Of a stretch of DNA of 64,000 nucleotides, positions 27,564-37,793 are shown piece by piece. How positions within the stretch are numbered: the stretch's first letter is position 1; the number at the start of each line of letters is the position of its first letter. The stretch is from Parcubacteria group bacterium. Lineage in GTDB: Bacteria > Patescibacteriota > Minisyncoccia > Phycocordibacterales > 21-14-all-47-15. The notes under the pieces were generated by a model. That model searched no databases. It saw nothing but the letters and a program-made list of their open reading frames with translations, and was not told where the DNA came from. The DNA lies in NCBI GenBank assembly GCA_016181845.1, contig JACOYO010000004.1:15827-79826 (forward strand), given 5' to 3'. A program made the position numbers and the translations under genes.

Positions 27564-29639
27564 ATGACCCCAAACGAACATCATTATAGAGCCGAAGATA
27601 TCTCTGTCTTGGAGGGGCTTGAGCCGGTGCGTAAACGCCCGGGCATGTATATCGGTACGACCGGCCCCGACGGTCTGCATCATTTGGTGTGGGAAATTTT
27701 TGACAACGGCCGCGATGAGGCGATGGGGGGGTTTGCCGACCATATTGAGATTGCGCTTTTGCCGGGCAATCGGGTGCGTGTGGTAGACAACGGCCGCGGT
27801 ATTCCTGTTGATATTCACAAACAAACAAAAGTTTCGGCTCTTGAGACAGTTATGACCACCTTGCACGCCGGCGGGAAATTCGGTGGTGAAGGATATAAAA
27901 TTTCTGGCGGTTTGCACGGAGTCGGCGCTTCGGTGGTCAACGCGCTCTCTATTTACGCGCGGGTAGATGTGCATCGCGATGGCGGCGTCTACATGCAGGA
28001 ATACAAACAGGGCAAAAGAAAAGCGGCAGTTAAAAAAATCGCTTCTTCAAAATCAAACGGCACGATTGTCACCTTTGAACCGGATGCAGAGATTTTTAAA
28101 GAAATCGTGTTTGATTGGAAAAAAATTATTGACCACATGCGGCAACAGGCATATTTGGTCAAAAAACTTCATATTACGGTGATTGACGCTCGCGCGTATG
28201 TAAAAAACATTGATACCGAATCGGCTTTTTATCTTTCAGAGCTTAATCTTGAAGTGCCGTCAATGTCCTTTTATTTTGAAGGAGGTTTGGAATCGCTTGT
28301 AAAATTTTATAATGAACACCAAAAACCGGTCCATAAAAATGTGTTTTATACTGAAAAAGAGAAAGACGGCGTAATGGTTGAAGTCGCGTTGCAGTATGTT
28401 GATGATATTTCTTCCAGGGAAGTTGCTTTTGCAAATAATATTTATAATCCGGAAGGTGGCATGCACGTAACCGGATTTCGCACCGCGCTAACCCGCATTC
28501 TAAATGATTACGGCAAGAAAAATAATTTACTCAAAGAGGCCGACGGCGCGCTCTCTGGGGACGATGTGCGAGAAGGTATGACGGCGGTTCTCTCGGTAAA
28601 ACTCCGCGAAATTCAATTTGAAGGGCAGACGAAAGGGAAGTTGGGGAGCGTTGAGGCGCGCGGTGCTGTTGAATCGGTATTCGGCGAAGCGTTTGCCGCA
28701 TTTCTTGAAGAAAACCCAGATGATGCGCGCGGTATTTTAAGCAAGGTGCTCTTGGCGCTTCGCGCTCGCAAGGCGGCAAAGGCGGCAAAAGACAGCGTGC
28801 TCCGCAAAGGCGCGCTTGAAGGCATGACATTGCCCGGGAAGCTTGCCGATTGTCAGACCAAAGACGCCGCGGAATCGGAGCTCTTTATCGTGGAAGGAGA
28901 ATCTGCCGGCGGTTCATCAAAACAAGGGCGCGACCGGCGTACACAGGCGGTGCTTCCGCTCAAGGGCAAAATCTTGAATGTAGAACGCGCGCGTCTTGAT
29001 AAAATGCTTGTATCGCAGGAAATCAAATCACTCGTCATTGCTTTGGGGACCGCGATCGCCGATACGTTTGATATTTCAAAATTGCGGTATCATAAAGTTA
29101 TTATTGCAACCGATGCCGATGTGGACGGCGCCCACATTCGCACGCTACTCCTCACGCTTTTTTATAGATATTTCAAACAGCTTGTTGAAGACGGGTATAT
29201 TTATATCGCACAGCCGCCGCTCTACAAAATCCAAAAAGGAAAAGAGATTCACTATGCCTATTCGGAAGAGGAAAAAATGAGTGTCTTGCGAACGCTCGGT
29301 ATCAAAGAGGAGGAAATAAAAGAAGATGAACCCGATGAGGAAGACGCTGAAACAAAAACAAATGAAAAAGAGAAAGATGGGGAAGAGAAAGATGGGGAAG
29401 AGAAAGAAATAAAGAGGACGCCGAAAGTTGGCATCCAGCGTTACAAAGGATTGGGAGAAATGAATCCGGATGAATTGTGGGAAACTACGATGAATCCAGA
29501 AACGCGTATTTTGAAGCAAGTGACAATAGAAGACGCGCAAGATGCCGACCGCGTGTTTGATACGCTCATGGGGACTGATGTGCCGTCGCGCAAACTATTC
29601 ATTCAAAACAACGCCAAGATGGCAAACATTGATGTTTAG
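27564..29639 (+). CDS. gyrB: DNA gyrase subunit B
   Basis: VRKRPGMYIG, GGLHGVG, VEGESAGG, TDADVDG, QRYKGLGEM; start at MTPNE. Confidence 0.95.
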   Translation: MTPNEHHYRAEDISVLEGLEPVRKRPGMYIGTTGPDGLHHLVWEIFDNGRDEAMGGFADHIEIALLPGNRVRVVDNGRGIPVDIHKQTKVSALETVMTTLHAGGKFGGEGYKISGGLHGVGASVVNALSIYARVDVHRDGGVYMQEYKQGKRKAAVKKIASSKSNGTIVTFEPDAEIFKEIVFDWKKIIDHMRQQAYLVKKLHITVIDARAYVKNIDTESAFYLSELNLEVPSMSFYFEGGLESLVKFYNEHQKPVHKNVFYTEKEKDGVMVEVALQYVDDISSREVAFANNIYNPEGGMHVTGFRTALTRILNDYGKKNNLLKEADGALSGDDVREGMTAVLSVKLREIQFEGQTKGKLGSVEARGAVESVFGEAFAAFLEENPDDARGILSKVLLALRARKAAKAAKDSVLRKGALEGMTLPGKLADCQTKDAAESELFIVEGESAGGSSKQGRDRRTQAVLPLKGKILNVERARLDKMLVSQEIKSLVIALGTAIADTFDISKLRYHKVIIATDADVDGAHIRTLLLTLFYRYFKQLVEDGYIYIAQPPLYKIQKGKEIHYAYSEEEKMSVLRTLGIKEEEIKEDEPDEEDAETKTNEKEKDGEEKDGEEKEIKRTPKVGIQRYKGLGEMNPDELWETTMNPETRILKQVTIEDAQDADRVFDTLMGTDVPSRKLFIQNNAKMANIDV
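29368..29407 (+). repeat. 15-bp tandem repeat (aagagaaagatgggg, about 2.7 copies) in an acidic GyrB insert
   Basis: Encodes EKDGE EKDGE EK. Confidence 0.8.
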
Positions 29640-29719
29640 ATGTACTATTGATCAAAAGGGTATGTGAATGGAATCTTTGTTCTTTATAAAAATATAAAAA
29701 TTAAAAAAGGAGAAACGCC

Positions 29720-30406
29720 GTGACGAATCTTGAAGAAAATCGTGCGAAAGCGCTACGTTTAGAAGACGCGCTTAGCATGAGTTATAGCTCAATTGTAAAA
29801 AAAATTATCGTCATTGCCAAAGAAGCTTATAATGGCGCTATCAGAAAAAATACTGACGAATGGTATCTTTTGCACGCGTTTCGTGTCGGGCTCATTCTAT
29901 GGCAATTAAAAGCCAACGAATATGTCATCTCGGCTGGGTTATTGCACGGCGTATTGGAGCACACAAAATGGAAAAAAGACGACCTCGCGCGGCGGCTCGA
30001 TGAGGTATTTGCTCATAATACGGTCAAACAAATCATCGCGCATATTGCCGCGGTCACGGAATATTTTGAAGGAAATGTGTCGTGGCGGGAACGCAAGGAA
30101 AAATTTTTACAGCACCAACGCACCAAGCCGACCGACGTGCTTTTGATTGTGTTTGCAGACAAGCTTGATATTTTGGCGTCTCTTGCTGCAGATTTTGAAA
30201 AACGAGGAGATAAGATATGGGGCACATTGAGTACTTCCGACACGTCAACGCGCGGCGACTACTATACAAATCTCTATCATTTATTTACCGTTCGTCTTGT
30301 GGAAAAAAATGGCATCTTGAAATTTTTTAAGCAGTATGAGACGTATTTAAAGGTTCTTTTCCCTTCTGTTCCTGACCACAATCAAACGAACATAACCCCT
30401 ATCTGA
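29720..30406 (+). CDS. HD_4/Mesh1-like (p)ppGpp hydrolase-family protein with degenerate HD motif
   Basis: RK....YLLH...V, AGLLHGVLEHT (HD replaced by HG), VTE, ADKL. Confidence 0.65.
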   Translation: MTNLEENRAKALRLEDALSMSYSSIVKKIIVIAKEAYNGAIRKNTDEWYLLHAFRVGLILWQLKANEYVISAGLLHGVLEHTKWKKDDLARRLDEVFAHNTVKQIIAHIAAVTEYFEGNVSWRERKEKFLQHQRTKPTDVLLIVFADKLDILASLAADFEKRGDKIWGTLSTSDTSTRGDYYTNLYHLFTVRLVEKNGILKFFKQYETYLKVLFPSVPDHNQTNITPI

Positions 30407-30423
30407 AAAGATAGGGGTTCTTG

Positions 30424-32169
30424 CTATTTTTCCAGAGAAATCATCTGAATAAATTTTTCTATTGGCATTTGTCCAAGCGAGCCGCCATCACGGCTTTCAA
30501 CAGTGACAGCCAGCGAAGCTTTTTCTTTGTCGCCTACGACTAATAGATAGGGAATTTTTTGCAGTTTTGCGTTTCTGATTTTTTTGCCCAACGTTTCATT
30601 GCTTTCGTCAAGCATAGCGCGAGCGCCCGATATTTTCAATTGCTCATGTACTGATTGCGCGTAGGAAAGATGCGCTTCGCTGATAGGGATGATGATTGCC
30701 TGCACAGGAGCAAGCCAGACTGGGAAATTGCCGGCGAAATGTTCAATAATGACCGACAGGAATCGTTCAATAGAGCCGGCAACCGCGCGGTGAATCATGA
30801 CGGGCGTTTTTTTCTTGCCGTCTTTGTCGTTGTATTCCAAACCGAATCGCGCGGGCATATTGAAATCAATCTGAATGGTCGCCAATTGCCACTCTCGTCC
30901 GATGGCATCTTTAAACATGAAATCAAGTTTTGGTCCGTAGAATGCCGCCTCACCTTCAATCCGTTTGTACGGGAGCTTTTCTTCTTTTGCGACTTTTTCA
31001 AGCATATGCTCGGCGGTATCCCAGTTTTTGGCATCGCCCAAATATTTTTCTGGAAGCTTCGGGTCGCGTACCGAGAGCGACACCCAATATGAATCTTTTT
31101 CAAACATACCGAGCGAAGTGTAAAACTCGCGTATAACTGTCACGATATTTTTTGCCTCCGTTTCCACTTGGCCAATCGCGCAAAATACATGGCCGTCGTC
31201 TTGCGTGAGCGAGCGGACACGCGAGAGCCCCAAAAGCTCGCCCGGCTGTTCGTCGCGGTAGTTGGTAGTCACTTCCATGAAGCGCACCGGTAAATCTTTG
31301 TAACTTCTCTGCGCCGAAGCATAAATCTGCGTGTGGTGCGGGCAATTCATCGGCTTCATCACGAATTCCGCGTCTCCTTTGCCTTTGACATGAAAGAGGT
31401 CGTCACGGAATTTATCCCAATGGCCAGATGTTTGGTAGAGTTCTTTTTTGGCGATGTGAGGAATCCACACGCGCTCATATCCGAAGCGTATTTGAATGCT
31501 ACGGATTTTTTCGGCAATGACATCGCGAATGATGGTCCCTTTGGGGGTGAATAAGGGAAGCCCGGGACCTACCAAATCAGAGAAGGTGAAAAGCCCCAGT
31601 TCTTTTCCGATTTTTCGATGGTCGCGTTTTGCCGCTTCCTCGCGGAATTTTTTATATACATCAAGCGCTTCTTTGTTTTCAAACGCAAGCCCGTAGATGC
31701 GCGTGAGCATTTTGTTTTTCTCGTCGCCGCGCCAATATGCGCCGGCGATATGCGAAAGTTCAAATGCGTCGGTATTTATTTCTTTTGTATTGGCAACATG
31801 CGGCCCTTCGCAGAGGTCGGTAAAATCGCCGGTTTTATAAACAGTGATTTTTTCGCCCGCTTTTGCAAATTCATCTATGAGTTCTAATTTATACGGCTCA
31901 TTTTTGAAAAATGCCCGAGCTTCTTTTTCATCAAGCTCTTCTTTTTTGAAATCAAGATTTGATGAAGCCGATTTCTTCATCTGCTTTTGCAAATCTTTCA
32001 AATCTTTGTCCGCAGGAGCTTCTCCTCCTGAGAAATCAAAATCGTAATAGAAACCGGTATCAATGACCGGACCGATGGCGAGCTTCGCGTGCGGATATTT
32101 TTTCTTTACCGCGATGGCGAGCATGTGAGAAAGCGAATGGCGGATGTTGTAGAGGTTGTCGTTCCGCAT
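30424..32169 (-). CDS. thrS: Threonine--tRNA ligase (no N-terminal TGS domain)
   Basis: RHSLSH, DLCEGPH, RDHRKIG, KPMNCPHH, GEAAFYGPK. Confidence 0.96.
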   Translation of the reverse strand: MRNDNLYNIRHSLSHMLAIAVKKKYPHAKLAIGPVIDTGFYYDFDFSGGEAPADKDLKDLQKQMKKSASSNLDFKKEELDEKEARAFFKNEPYKLELIDEFAKAGEKITVYKTGDFTDLCEGPHVANTKEINTDAFELSHIAGAYWRGDEKNKMLTRIYGLAFENKEALDVYKKFREEAAKRDHRKIGKELGLFTFSDLVGPGLPLFTPKGTIIRDVIAEKIRSIQIRFGYERVWIPHIAKKELYQTSGHWDKFRDDLFHVKGKGDAEFVMKPMNCPHHTQIYASAQRSYKDLPVRFMEVTTNYRDEQPGELLGLSRVRSLTQDDGHVFCAIGQVETEAKNIVTVIREFYTSLGMFEKDSYWVSLSVRDPKLPEKYLGDAKNWDTAEHMLEKVAKEEKLPYKRIEGEAAFYGPKLDFMFKDAIGREWQLATIQIDFNMPARFGLEYNDKDGKKKTPVMIHRAVAGSIERFLSVIIEHFAGNFPVWLAPVQAIIIPISEAHLSYAQSVHEQLKISGARAMLDESNETLGKKIRNAKLQKIPYLLVVGDKEKASLAVTVESRDGGSLGQMPIEKFIQMISLEK

Positions 32170-32209
32170 AGATTATATAGTATCATTTATGCCAAAAATC
32201 TCGAAGGGG

Positions 32210-32238
32210 TTGACAGTTCTAATTACCCATGTTACACT
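32210..32238 (+). promoter_or_regulatory. Sigma70 promoter of orphan cassette
   Basis: TTGACA-17-TACACT with TG extension. Confidence 0.65.
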
Positions 32239-32302
32239 TGAAAAAATCTTGTAGTTGTTTGAGAACATAAAAATAACACTATTTTTTGGAAAGGGGCAGT
32301 AT

Positions 32303-32713
32303 ATGGAGCTTATTGGCATACTTGGTCTTGGTTTCGGCGCACTCGTTTTTTTTATTATATTTATGATAGATGACAAGCCTTGTGGGGTTCAGGAGAGAAT
32401 CCTGGCAGGGGTAAACCAATGCGGTATCTGTCAAAAAAAAGGCGAGGCAAGAAAGGGATATATCCTCGACTATGATTGGGATGGTCCAAGCGCAGTCTCT
32501 TATGTGCATGAAGAGTGTCTGGCATCCGTCAAAAGAAATCCTGAAAAATTTGACAAATCGACGGTAATTTTTGTCAACAGGATTTTCAGTGCGAGTGCGT
32601 TGGAGCAAAGTAGTGAGGAAGATTTTTCAGAAGATTTTTCACAGTATTTGGCGAGAATCTGGGGTAAGAGCCCGGAAGGAATAAGGAGGGGTGGAGTTTT
32701 ACCCCAGTCATAG
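32303..32713 (+). CDS. Orphan membrane-anchored protein with CxxC...HxxC putative Zn site
   Basis: N-terminal TM, CGIC, HEEC; terminator 32726-32760. Confidence 0.6.
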   Translation: MELIGILGLGFGALVFFIIFMIDDKPCGVQERILAGVNQCGICQKKGEARKGYILDYDWDGPSAVSYVHEECLASVKRNPEKFDKSTVIFVNRIFSASALEQSSEEDFSEDFSQYLARIWGKSPEGIRRGGVLPQS

Positions 32714-32788
32714 TACCTAAAATTTAGCCTCATTTGTTTTGTTTTGAAACAAATGAGGCTTTTATTTTTTAATTTTTTAATGTTATTT

Positions 32789-32884
32789 TTACAACTCTTT
32801 CACCGCTTCGGTGATGAGCGATAGCTCGTCGTTTCGGTCTGAAAGACGGCCTTTGATAACGACGCATTTGTCGGGCGTGAGCAT
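32789..32884 (-). pseudogene. Diverged 96-bp duplicate of the dnaE 3' end
   Basis: Encodes MLTPDKCVVIKGRLSDRNDELSLITEAVKEL* versus DnaE MLAPDKCVVIKGRLSDRNDELSIIAEAVKEL* (33602-33697). Confidence 0.9.
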
Positions 32885-33092
32885 GCGCGCGAAAAGATGT
32901 TTATCTAGTCTAGAGCTTTTAATATCCCAGAATAGTGTCGACACTATTCGGTGGATTATTTTGTTTAATTGAATTCAGGGTACCACATGATATTGACAAA
33001 ATAATATTTTCATATATAATAACACTCAGATTTTGCGACAGTTAGTTGAAAATAATAACCCCACTTAATTCATAAGCAAAAGGAGGATCGCA

Positions 33093-33533
33093 ATGTTTCA
33101 GTTAGAAAGTTCGTTAAATGATGGTGATAGAAGAAGTGCGTTGTTTGAGTGTTTTGAGAACATATTGAGCTTAGCGATTTTTCTTTCTGTTTGTCGTGTG
33201 TTATATGGTCTTTGCACTGAAGAATACTCAACTTCTTTTAATGGGGTAGCGCCAATAAATATTATTGATGGTTTTGCTGCTCTAACACTTTTTTTCTGTG
33301 TATTCATTATTCCAATTTTGCTGTTAGTAAATGCACTAATCATTTTGATAATAGATTTACCAAAACAGCTTATCGCAATTTGGAAAAAATCCGGAGTCAA
33401 TAACATAGTGATTGAATGTATGGTTGTGTTTATGGTGTTGCTATTGATCCATCCTTTTTTTTGGAGTACACCATGGTTGTATCTTGCGGCTTATGATATA
33501 TGTTGGTTTTTTGCTTGGAGGGTCATAACGTGA
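33093..33533 (+). CDS. AT-rich orphan membrane protein
   Basis: TTGACA(32993)-16-TATAAT promoter, AGGAGG RBS, terminator 33542-33577. Confidence 0.7.
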   Translation: MFQLESSLNDGDRRSALFECFENILSLAIFLSVCRVLYGLCTEEYSTSFNGVAPINIIDGFAALTLFFCVFIIPILLLVNALIILIIDLPKQLIAIWKKSGVNNIVIECMVVFMVLLLIHPFFWSTPWLYLAAYDICWFFAWRVIT

Positions 33534-33601
33534 CCCTCAAAAAAAGCCCTTGTCACTAAGAAGACATAAGGGCTTTTTCTTTTATGAAAATCATCACGAC
33601 G

Positions 33602-36600
33602 TTACAACTCTTTCACAGCTTCGGCGATGATAGAGAGTTCGTCGTTCCTGTCAGAAAGACGGCCTTTGATAACTACGCATTTGTCTGGCGCGAGCATCAT
33701 TTTATATTCTGTAAAAGTGCGCGGGAATACGACTGCCTCTATGGTTCCGCTAAAGTCGGCAAATTTCAAAAACACCATACGCTCGCCTTTTTTGGTGACC
33801 ACTTCGCGCGCTTCTTCAATGATACCGCCGATAATCACTTGCGCGCTAGTGGAGCCCGCCTCTCTTAATTGTTTAATGCTGGTGCCGCTTTTTTCTAATC
33901 GTTCGCGATATTTTTCAAGCGGATGACCGGAGATATAGAGCCCGAGCAATTCTTTTTCCCACCCCAATTTTTCTTCATTTGAAATAGGAGGCGTGTTTTT
34001 GAGAGTGAGTCCGGGTATAGATGAATCGCTCTCCATCAAACCAAAAAGCGATTCTTGCGAAGCCGAGTGCTGTAAAGATGCGCGGTTGTAGACGAGCGCT
34101 TCTTCAATATTCCCAAAAAGTGAGCCGCGTTCTCCAAGCGTGTCCATGGCGCCCGATTTTACCAGCGCTTCAAGCGATTTCTTGTTCAAATTTTTATGCT
34201 TCACGCGGTCAAGAAAATTGGAATATGAAATAAAGGCGCCCGATTTTTTTCGCTCGGCGATGATGGCGTCAGCGATATCTTGACCCAAGTTTTTGATTGT
34301 GTACAGCCCAAAGCGGATGGCATCGCTGGCCGTGGTTTCTCCTTTGATGGCTGTAAAATCTCCGAAGCTTTCGTTGATGTCTGGCGGAAGCACTGGAATT
34401 TTCATCCGCTGGCACTCATGGATGATTTCGGCAATTTTTTCCACGTCGCCTGATTCTGCGGTAAGGACGGCGGTCATGTACTCGGTCGGGAAATTCGCTT
34501 TCATGTAGGCGGTTTGATAAGCGACGAGCCCGTAGCTGACCGAATGCGCTTTATTGAAGCCGTATGCGGCAAACGGCTCAATCCACGACCATATTTGCTC
34601 GGCTTTTTTCTTGCTCCAGCCGCTGGTCTTGATGCAGCCGTTGATAAATTTATCTTTCTGCGCCTGCATTTCTTCGGGGATTTTTTTACCGACGGCTTTT
34701 CTGAATTTATCTATTTCAAGCCATGAGTATCCGGCAAGCTCCCGCGCCATAACGAGCAGGTCGTCTTGGTATACTAAAATCCCGTAGGTTAGTTTCAAGA
34801 TTTTTTCCAGCGCTGGGTCGAGATAGCGGATGAGCTCCGGATTGTGTTTGCGCGCGATGTAGTCGGGGATAAACTGCATCGGACCCGGGCGGTAGAGCGC
34901 CACCATGGCGTTGATGTCGTGGATCGTGGTCGGTTTCAATTCTTTCAAATATCGCGTCATGCCGGAGCCGTTCAATTGGAAAAGCCCCATGGTTTCTCCG
35001 CGCGCGAGCATCTTGAATGTTTTTGGGTCGTCGAGCGGAATGTGCTCAATATCAATATCAGCATCACAGAATTTTTTTGTAAGACGAACCGCGTCCGAAA
35101 GAATGGAAAGGTTTCTAATTCCCAAAAAATCAAATTTTAGGAGCCCCGCGTCTTCTATTGAATACATGTCGTACTGCGTGATAATTTTTCCACCTTTGGG
35201 GTCAAATTGGAGCGGCGCAAATTCGGTGAGCGGAACTGGAGAAATGACGACGCCCGCGGCGTGAATAGAAATATGGCGGGCGCACCCTTCGATTTTTTTT
35301 GCCAAGTCAATGATTTCTTTGGTAGTGGTATCTTCTTTGTATAATGTTGCGAGTTCAGGCGTGATTTCCAACGCATGGTCAATCGTCATCGGGAATCCCT
35401 GTGAGCCCATGGGGATGAGTTTTGCAATTTTATCTCCCACCACATACTCATGTCCGAGCGAGCGGGCGATGTCGCGCACAGAACCGCGCGCCATCATTGT
35501 GCCGAATGTGCCGATTTGCGCGACGCGGTCTTCGCCGTATGTTTTTTTTACATATGTAAGCATTTCGTCGCGGCGATTGTCGGCGAAGTCCATATCAATA
35601 TCAGGCGCCGAAGGGCGTTCCGGATTCAAAAATCGTTCAAACGGAATTTTATACTCCAGTGGATTGACATTAGTTATGCCGGTAAGATAAGTGACGAGCG
35701 AACCGGATACCGAACCTCTGATGTTTGTCAAAATATGATTTTCCCGCGCGTACCGGAGGAGGTCAGACACCACAAGAAAATAGGGCGCGTAACCTTTATC
35801 GCGGATAATTTTTAATTCATACTCAATACGTTCTTTTACCTCGTCTGTTTCGCCGACACCGCGTTTCGTAAGCCCGCCATAGGCAAATTCACGCAATTTT
35901 TGGTCGTAGCTAACGCCGTCTTCAATCGGCAAATCAGGAAACACCCATTTGCCGAGCTCAAGCGTCACATTGGCGCGGTCTGCGATGCGGCCGGTGTTTT
36001 CTATCGCATCGGGAATGTTGCCGAAATATTCTCTCGCTTGCGCTTCGGAAATAAACGAGGTGTCAACATCGCCAATCTGCATGTCGGCCAAGTCGCGGCT
36101 TGATTGAATGGCGAGCATGGTATCGCGCGCGCGCTTATCTTCTGGATTCAAATAATAAAAATCTTGCGCCGCGACGATAGGTATTCCTATTTTTTTTCCG
36201 AGTTCTGTCAATTTTTTTTGTACTTCCTCATGACCTTCTATTTCCGGATGATGGGTTATCTCAAAAAAATAATTGCCGGAGCCGAAAATTTGGAGATGTT
36301 CTCTCGCGACTTGCTCGGCTTTCTCCCAATCGTTGTTGCGGAGCGCGCGCGACACCTCTCCGCCGAATGTGCCTGAAAGACAAATCAATCCTTCATGATA
36401 TTTTTGTAGGAGTTCTTTATCAATGCGTGGCTTGTAGTAGTAACCCTCAAGGTGGGATTGGGTGACGAGTTTGAGTAGATTTTTATAGCCGATATTGTTC
36501 TCTGCCAAAAGCACCAGATTGAAACGACGGTTGTCGACGCCCGCCTGCTTGTCGTGGCGACTGCGGACTGCAACATACGCGTCAATACCGAAAATCGGTT

Positions 36601-36784
36601 TTATGTTTTCTTCTTTGCATTTTTTATAAAACTCAATCGCTCCGTAGAGATTGCCAAGGTCGGTCAGCGCGATGGCATCCATGTTTTCTTTTTTTGCGCG
36701 CCGGACAATCTCTGGTATTTTTGGCAAGGCTTGGAGGAGGGAATAGTGGGAATGGGTATGGAGATGTACGAAGCGTGAAGCCAT
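33602..36784 (-). CDS. dnaE: DNA polymerase III alpha subunit
   Basis: PHP HLHTHSHYSLL, PDIDMDF, LLKFDFLG, YGFNKAH, C-terminal OB fold. Confidence 0.97.
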   Translation of the reverse strand: MASRFVHLHTHSHYSLLQALPKIPEIVRRAKKENMDAIALTDLGNLYGAIEFYKKCKEENIKPIFGIDAYVAVRSRHDKQAGVDNRRFNLVLLAENNIGYKNLLKLVTQSHLEGYYYKPRIDKELLQKYHEGLICLSGTFGGEVSRALRNNDWEKAEQVAREHLQIFGSGNYFFEITHHPEIEGHEEVQKKLTELGKKIGIPIVAAQDFYYLNPEDKRARDTMLAIQSSRDLADMQIGDVDTSFISEAQAREYFGNIPDAIENTGRIADRANVTLELGKWVFPDLPIEDGVSYDQKLREFAYGGLTKRGVGETDEVKERIEYELKIIRDKGYAPYFLVVSDLLRYARENHILTNIRGSVSGSLVTYLTGITNVNPLEYKIPFERFLNPERPSAPDIDMDFADNRRDEMLTYVKKTYGEDRVAQIGTFGTMMARGSVRDIARSLGHEYVVGDKIAKLIPMGSQGFPMTIDHALEITPELATLYKEDTTTKEIIDLAKKIEGCARHISIHAAGVVISPVPLTEFAPLQFDPKGGKIITQYDMYSIEDAGLLKFDFLGIRNLSILSDAVRLTKKFCDADIDIEHIPLDDPKTFKMLARGETMGLFQLNGSGMTRYLKELKPTTIHDINAMVALYRPGPMQFIPDYIARKHNPELIRYLDPALEKILKLTYGILVYQDDLLVMARELAGYSWLEIDKFRKAVGKKIPEEMQAQKDKFINGCIKTSGWSKKKAEQIWSWIEPFAAYGFNKAHSVSYGLVAYQTAYMKANFPTEYMTAVLTAESGDVEKIAEIIHECQRMKIPVLPPDINESFGDFTAIKGETTASDAIRFGLYTIKNLGQDIADAIIAERKKSGAFISYSNFLDRVKHKNLNKKSLEALVKSGAMDTLGERGSLFGNIEEALVYNRASLQHSASQESLFGLMESDSSIPGLTLKNTPPISNEEKLGWEKELLGLYISGHPLEKYRERLEKSGTSIKQLREAGSTSAQVIIGGIIEEAREVVTKKGERMVFLKFADFSGTIEAVVFPRTFTEYKMMLAPDKCVVIKGRLSDRNDELSIIAEAVKEL

Positions 36785-36817
36785 GATGTATGATTATAGG
36801 TAAATGAATGTAAATCT

Positions 36818-36945
36818 CAAAACTCTTTCTTCGTCATATATTTTTGATAGACGCGCATTCCGCCCTGGGCGGATGCCATGCTCCTCCGACAGTATCGTCG
36901 GGGTCCGCAATGTCTCTCAAAAATTATGATTCAGAGCGAGTTTTG
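36818..36945. repeat. Family C ~130-bp structured element, copy 1
   Basis: caaaactc...tttttgatagacgcgcat[hp1]gccatgctc[hp2]tccgcaatgtctctcaaaaattatga...gagttttg. Confidence 0.88.
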
Positions 36946-36977
36946 TAATCTTAGATAATGGTAAAGTTTTATGTATA

Positions 36978-37063
36978 CAGATTACATGAAGCTAGTATAT
37001 AATCTGCTCTCGCTCGAAAAAATAAAAAGCACACTTTTTATTTTCACTCGCTCGTTTAATTAT
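36978..37063 (+). repeat. Family G two-hairpin element upstream of rnhB
   Basis: hairpin-ctcgctc-hairpin-actcgctcgtttaattat; related to 38955-39033. Confidence 0.65.
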
Positions 37064-37092
37064 ACTCTCATTTTTTATACGTTGAAACTTGT

Positions 37093-37719
37093 ATGATGCG
37101 AAAAAAGAAAGTGAAATATATTGTTGGGATTGATGAAGCCGGGCGCGGGCCGCTCGCTGGGCCTTTGGCGGTTGGGGCGGTGGCGTGGCCGGTTTCGTAC
37201 GCATTTCAAGAACGGTTTGCGAATGTCCGTGATTCAAAACAGCTTTCAGCGGACCAGCGTGAATACTTTTTTAGAGAGCTTCGCCTTGAACAGGCGCGTG
37301 GTATTATTATATGCCGTGTTGCATTTATTACGCCGCGCATGATTGATGCGCATGGCATGACCAAAGCGCTGCGGTTGGGTGTCTCTCGCGCTCTAGAGAA
37401 GCTTTGTATTGATACATCATTAATGGACGTGATACTCGACGGTTCTCTTTTTGCTCCGTCGGAATATAAACAACAGACAATTATTAGAGGAGATGAGACC
37501 GTACCGATTATTTCTGCCGCGTCTATTATCGCAAAAGTATCACGCGACAAACACATGATGAAAATTGCAAAAAAGTATCCGCAGTATGGTTTTGAAAAGC
37601 ATAAAGGGTATGGCACAAGAGCGCACTATGAAGCTCTGGAAAAATATGGAGTGTTGCCCATACACCGAAAGCTCTTTTTACGCAAGTGGAGTAGGCGCAT
37701 AATAAAACTTGACAGATAA
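37093..37719 (+). CDS. rnhB: Ribonuclease HII
   Basis: GIDEAGRGPLAGP, DSK, AASIIAKVSRD, HKGYGT. Confidence 0.95.
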   Translation: MMRKKKVKYIVGIDEAGRGPLAGPLAVGAVAWPVSYAFQERFANVRDSKQLSADQREYFFRELRLEQARGIIICRVAFITPRMIDAHGMTKALRLGVSRALEKLCIDTSLMDVILDGSLFAPSEYKQQTIIRGDETVPIISAASIIAKVSRDKHMMKIAKKYPQYGFEKHKGYGTRAHYEALEKYGVLPIHRKLFLRKWSRRIIKLDR

Positions 37720-37793
37720 GTACTTTTAGAGTATTATTAAAAAATAAACGTAAATTGAAAATTTAATACAAATACTAAAGAAAGAAGGTTCTT

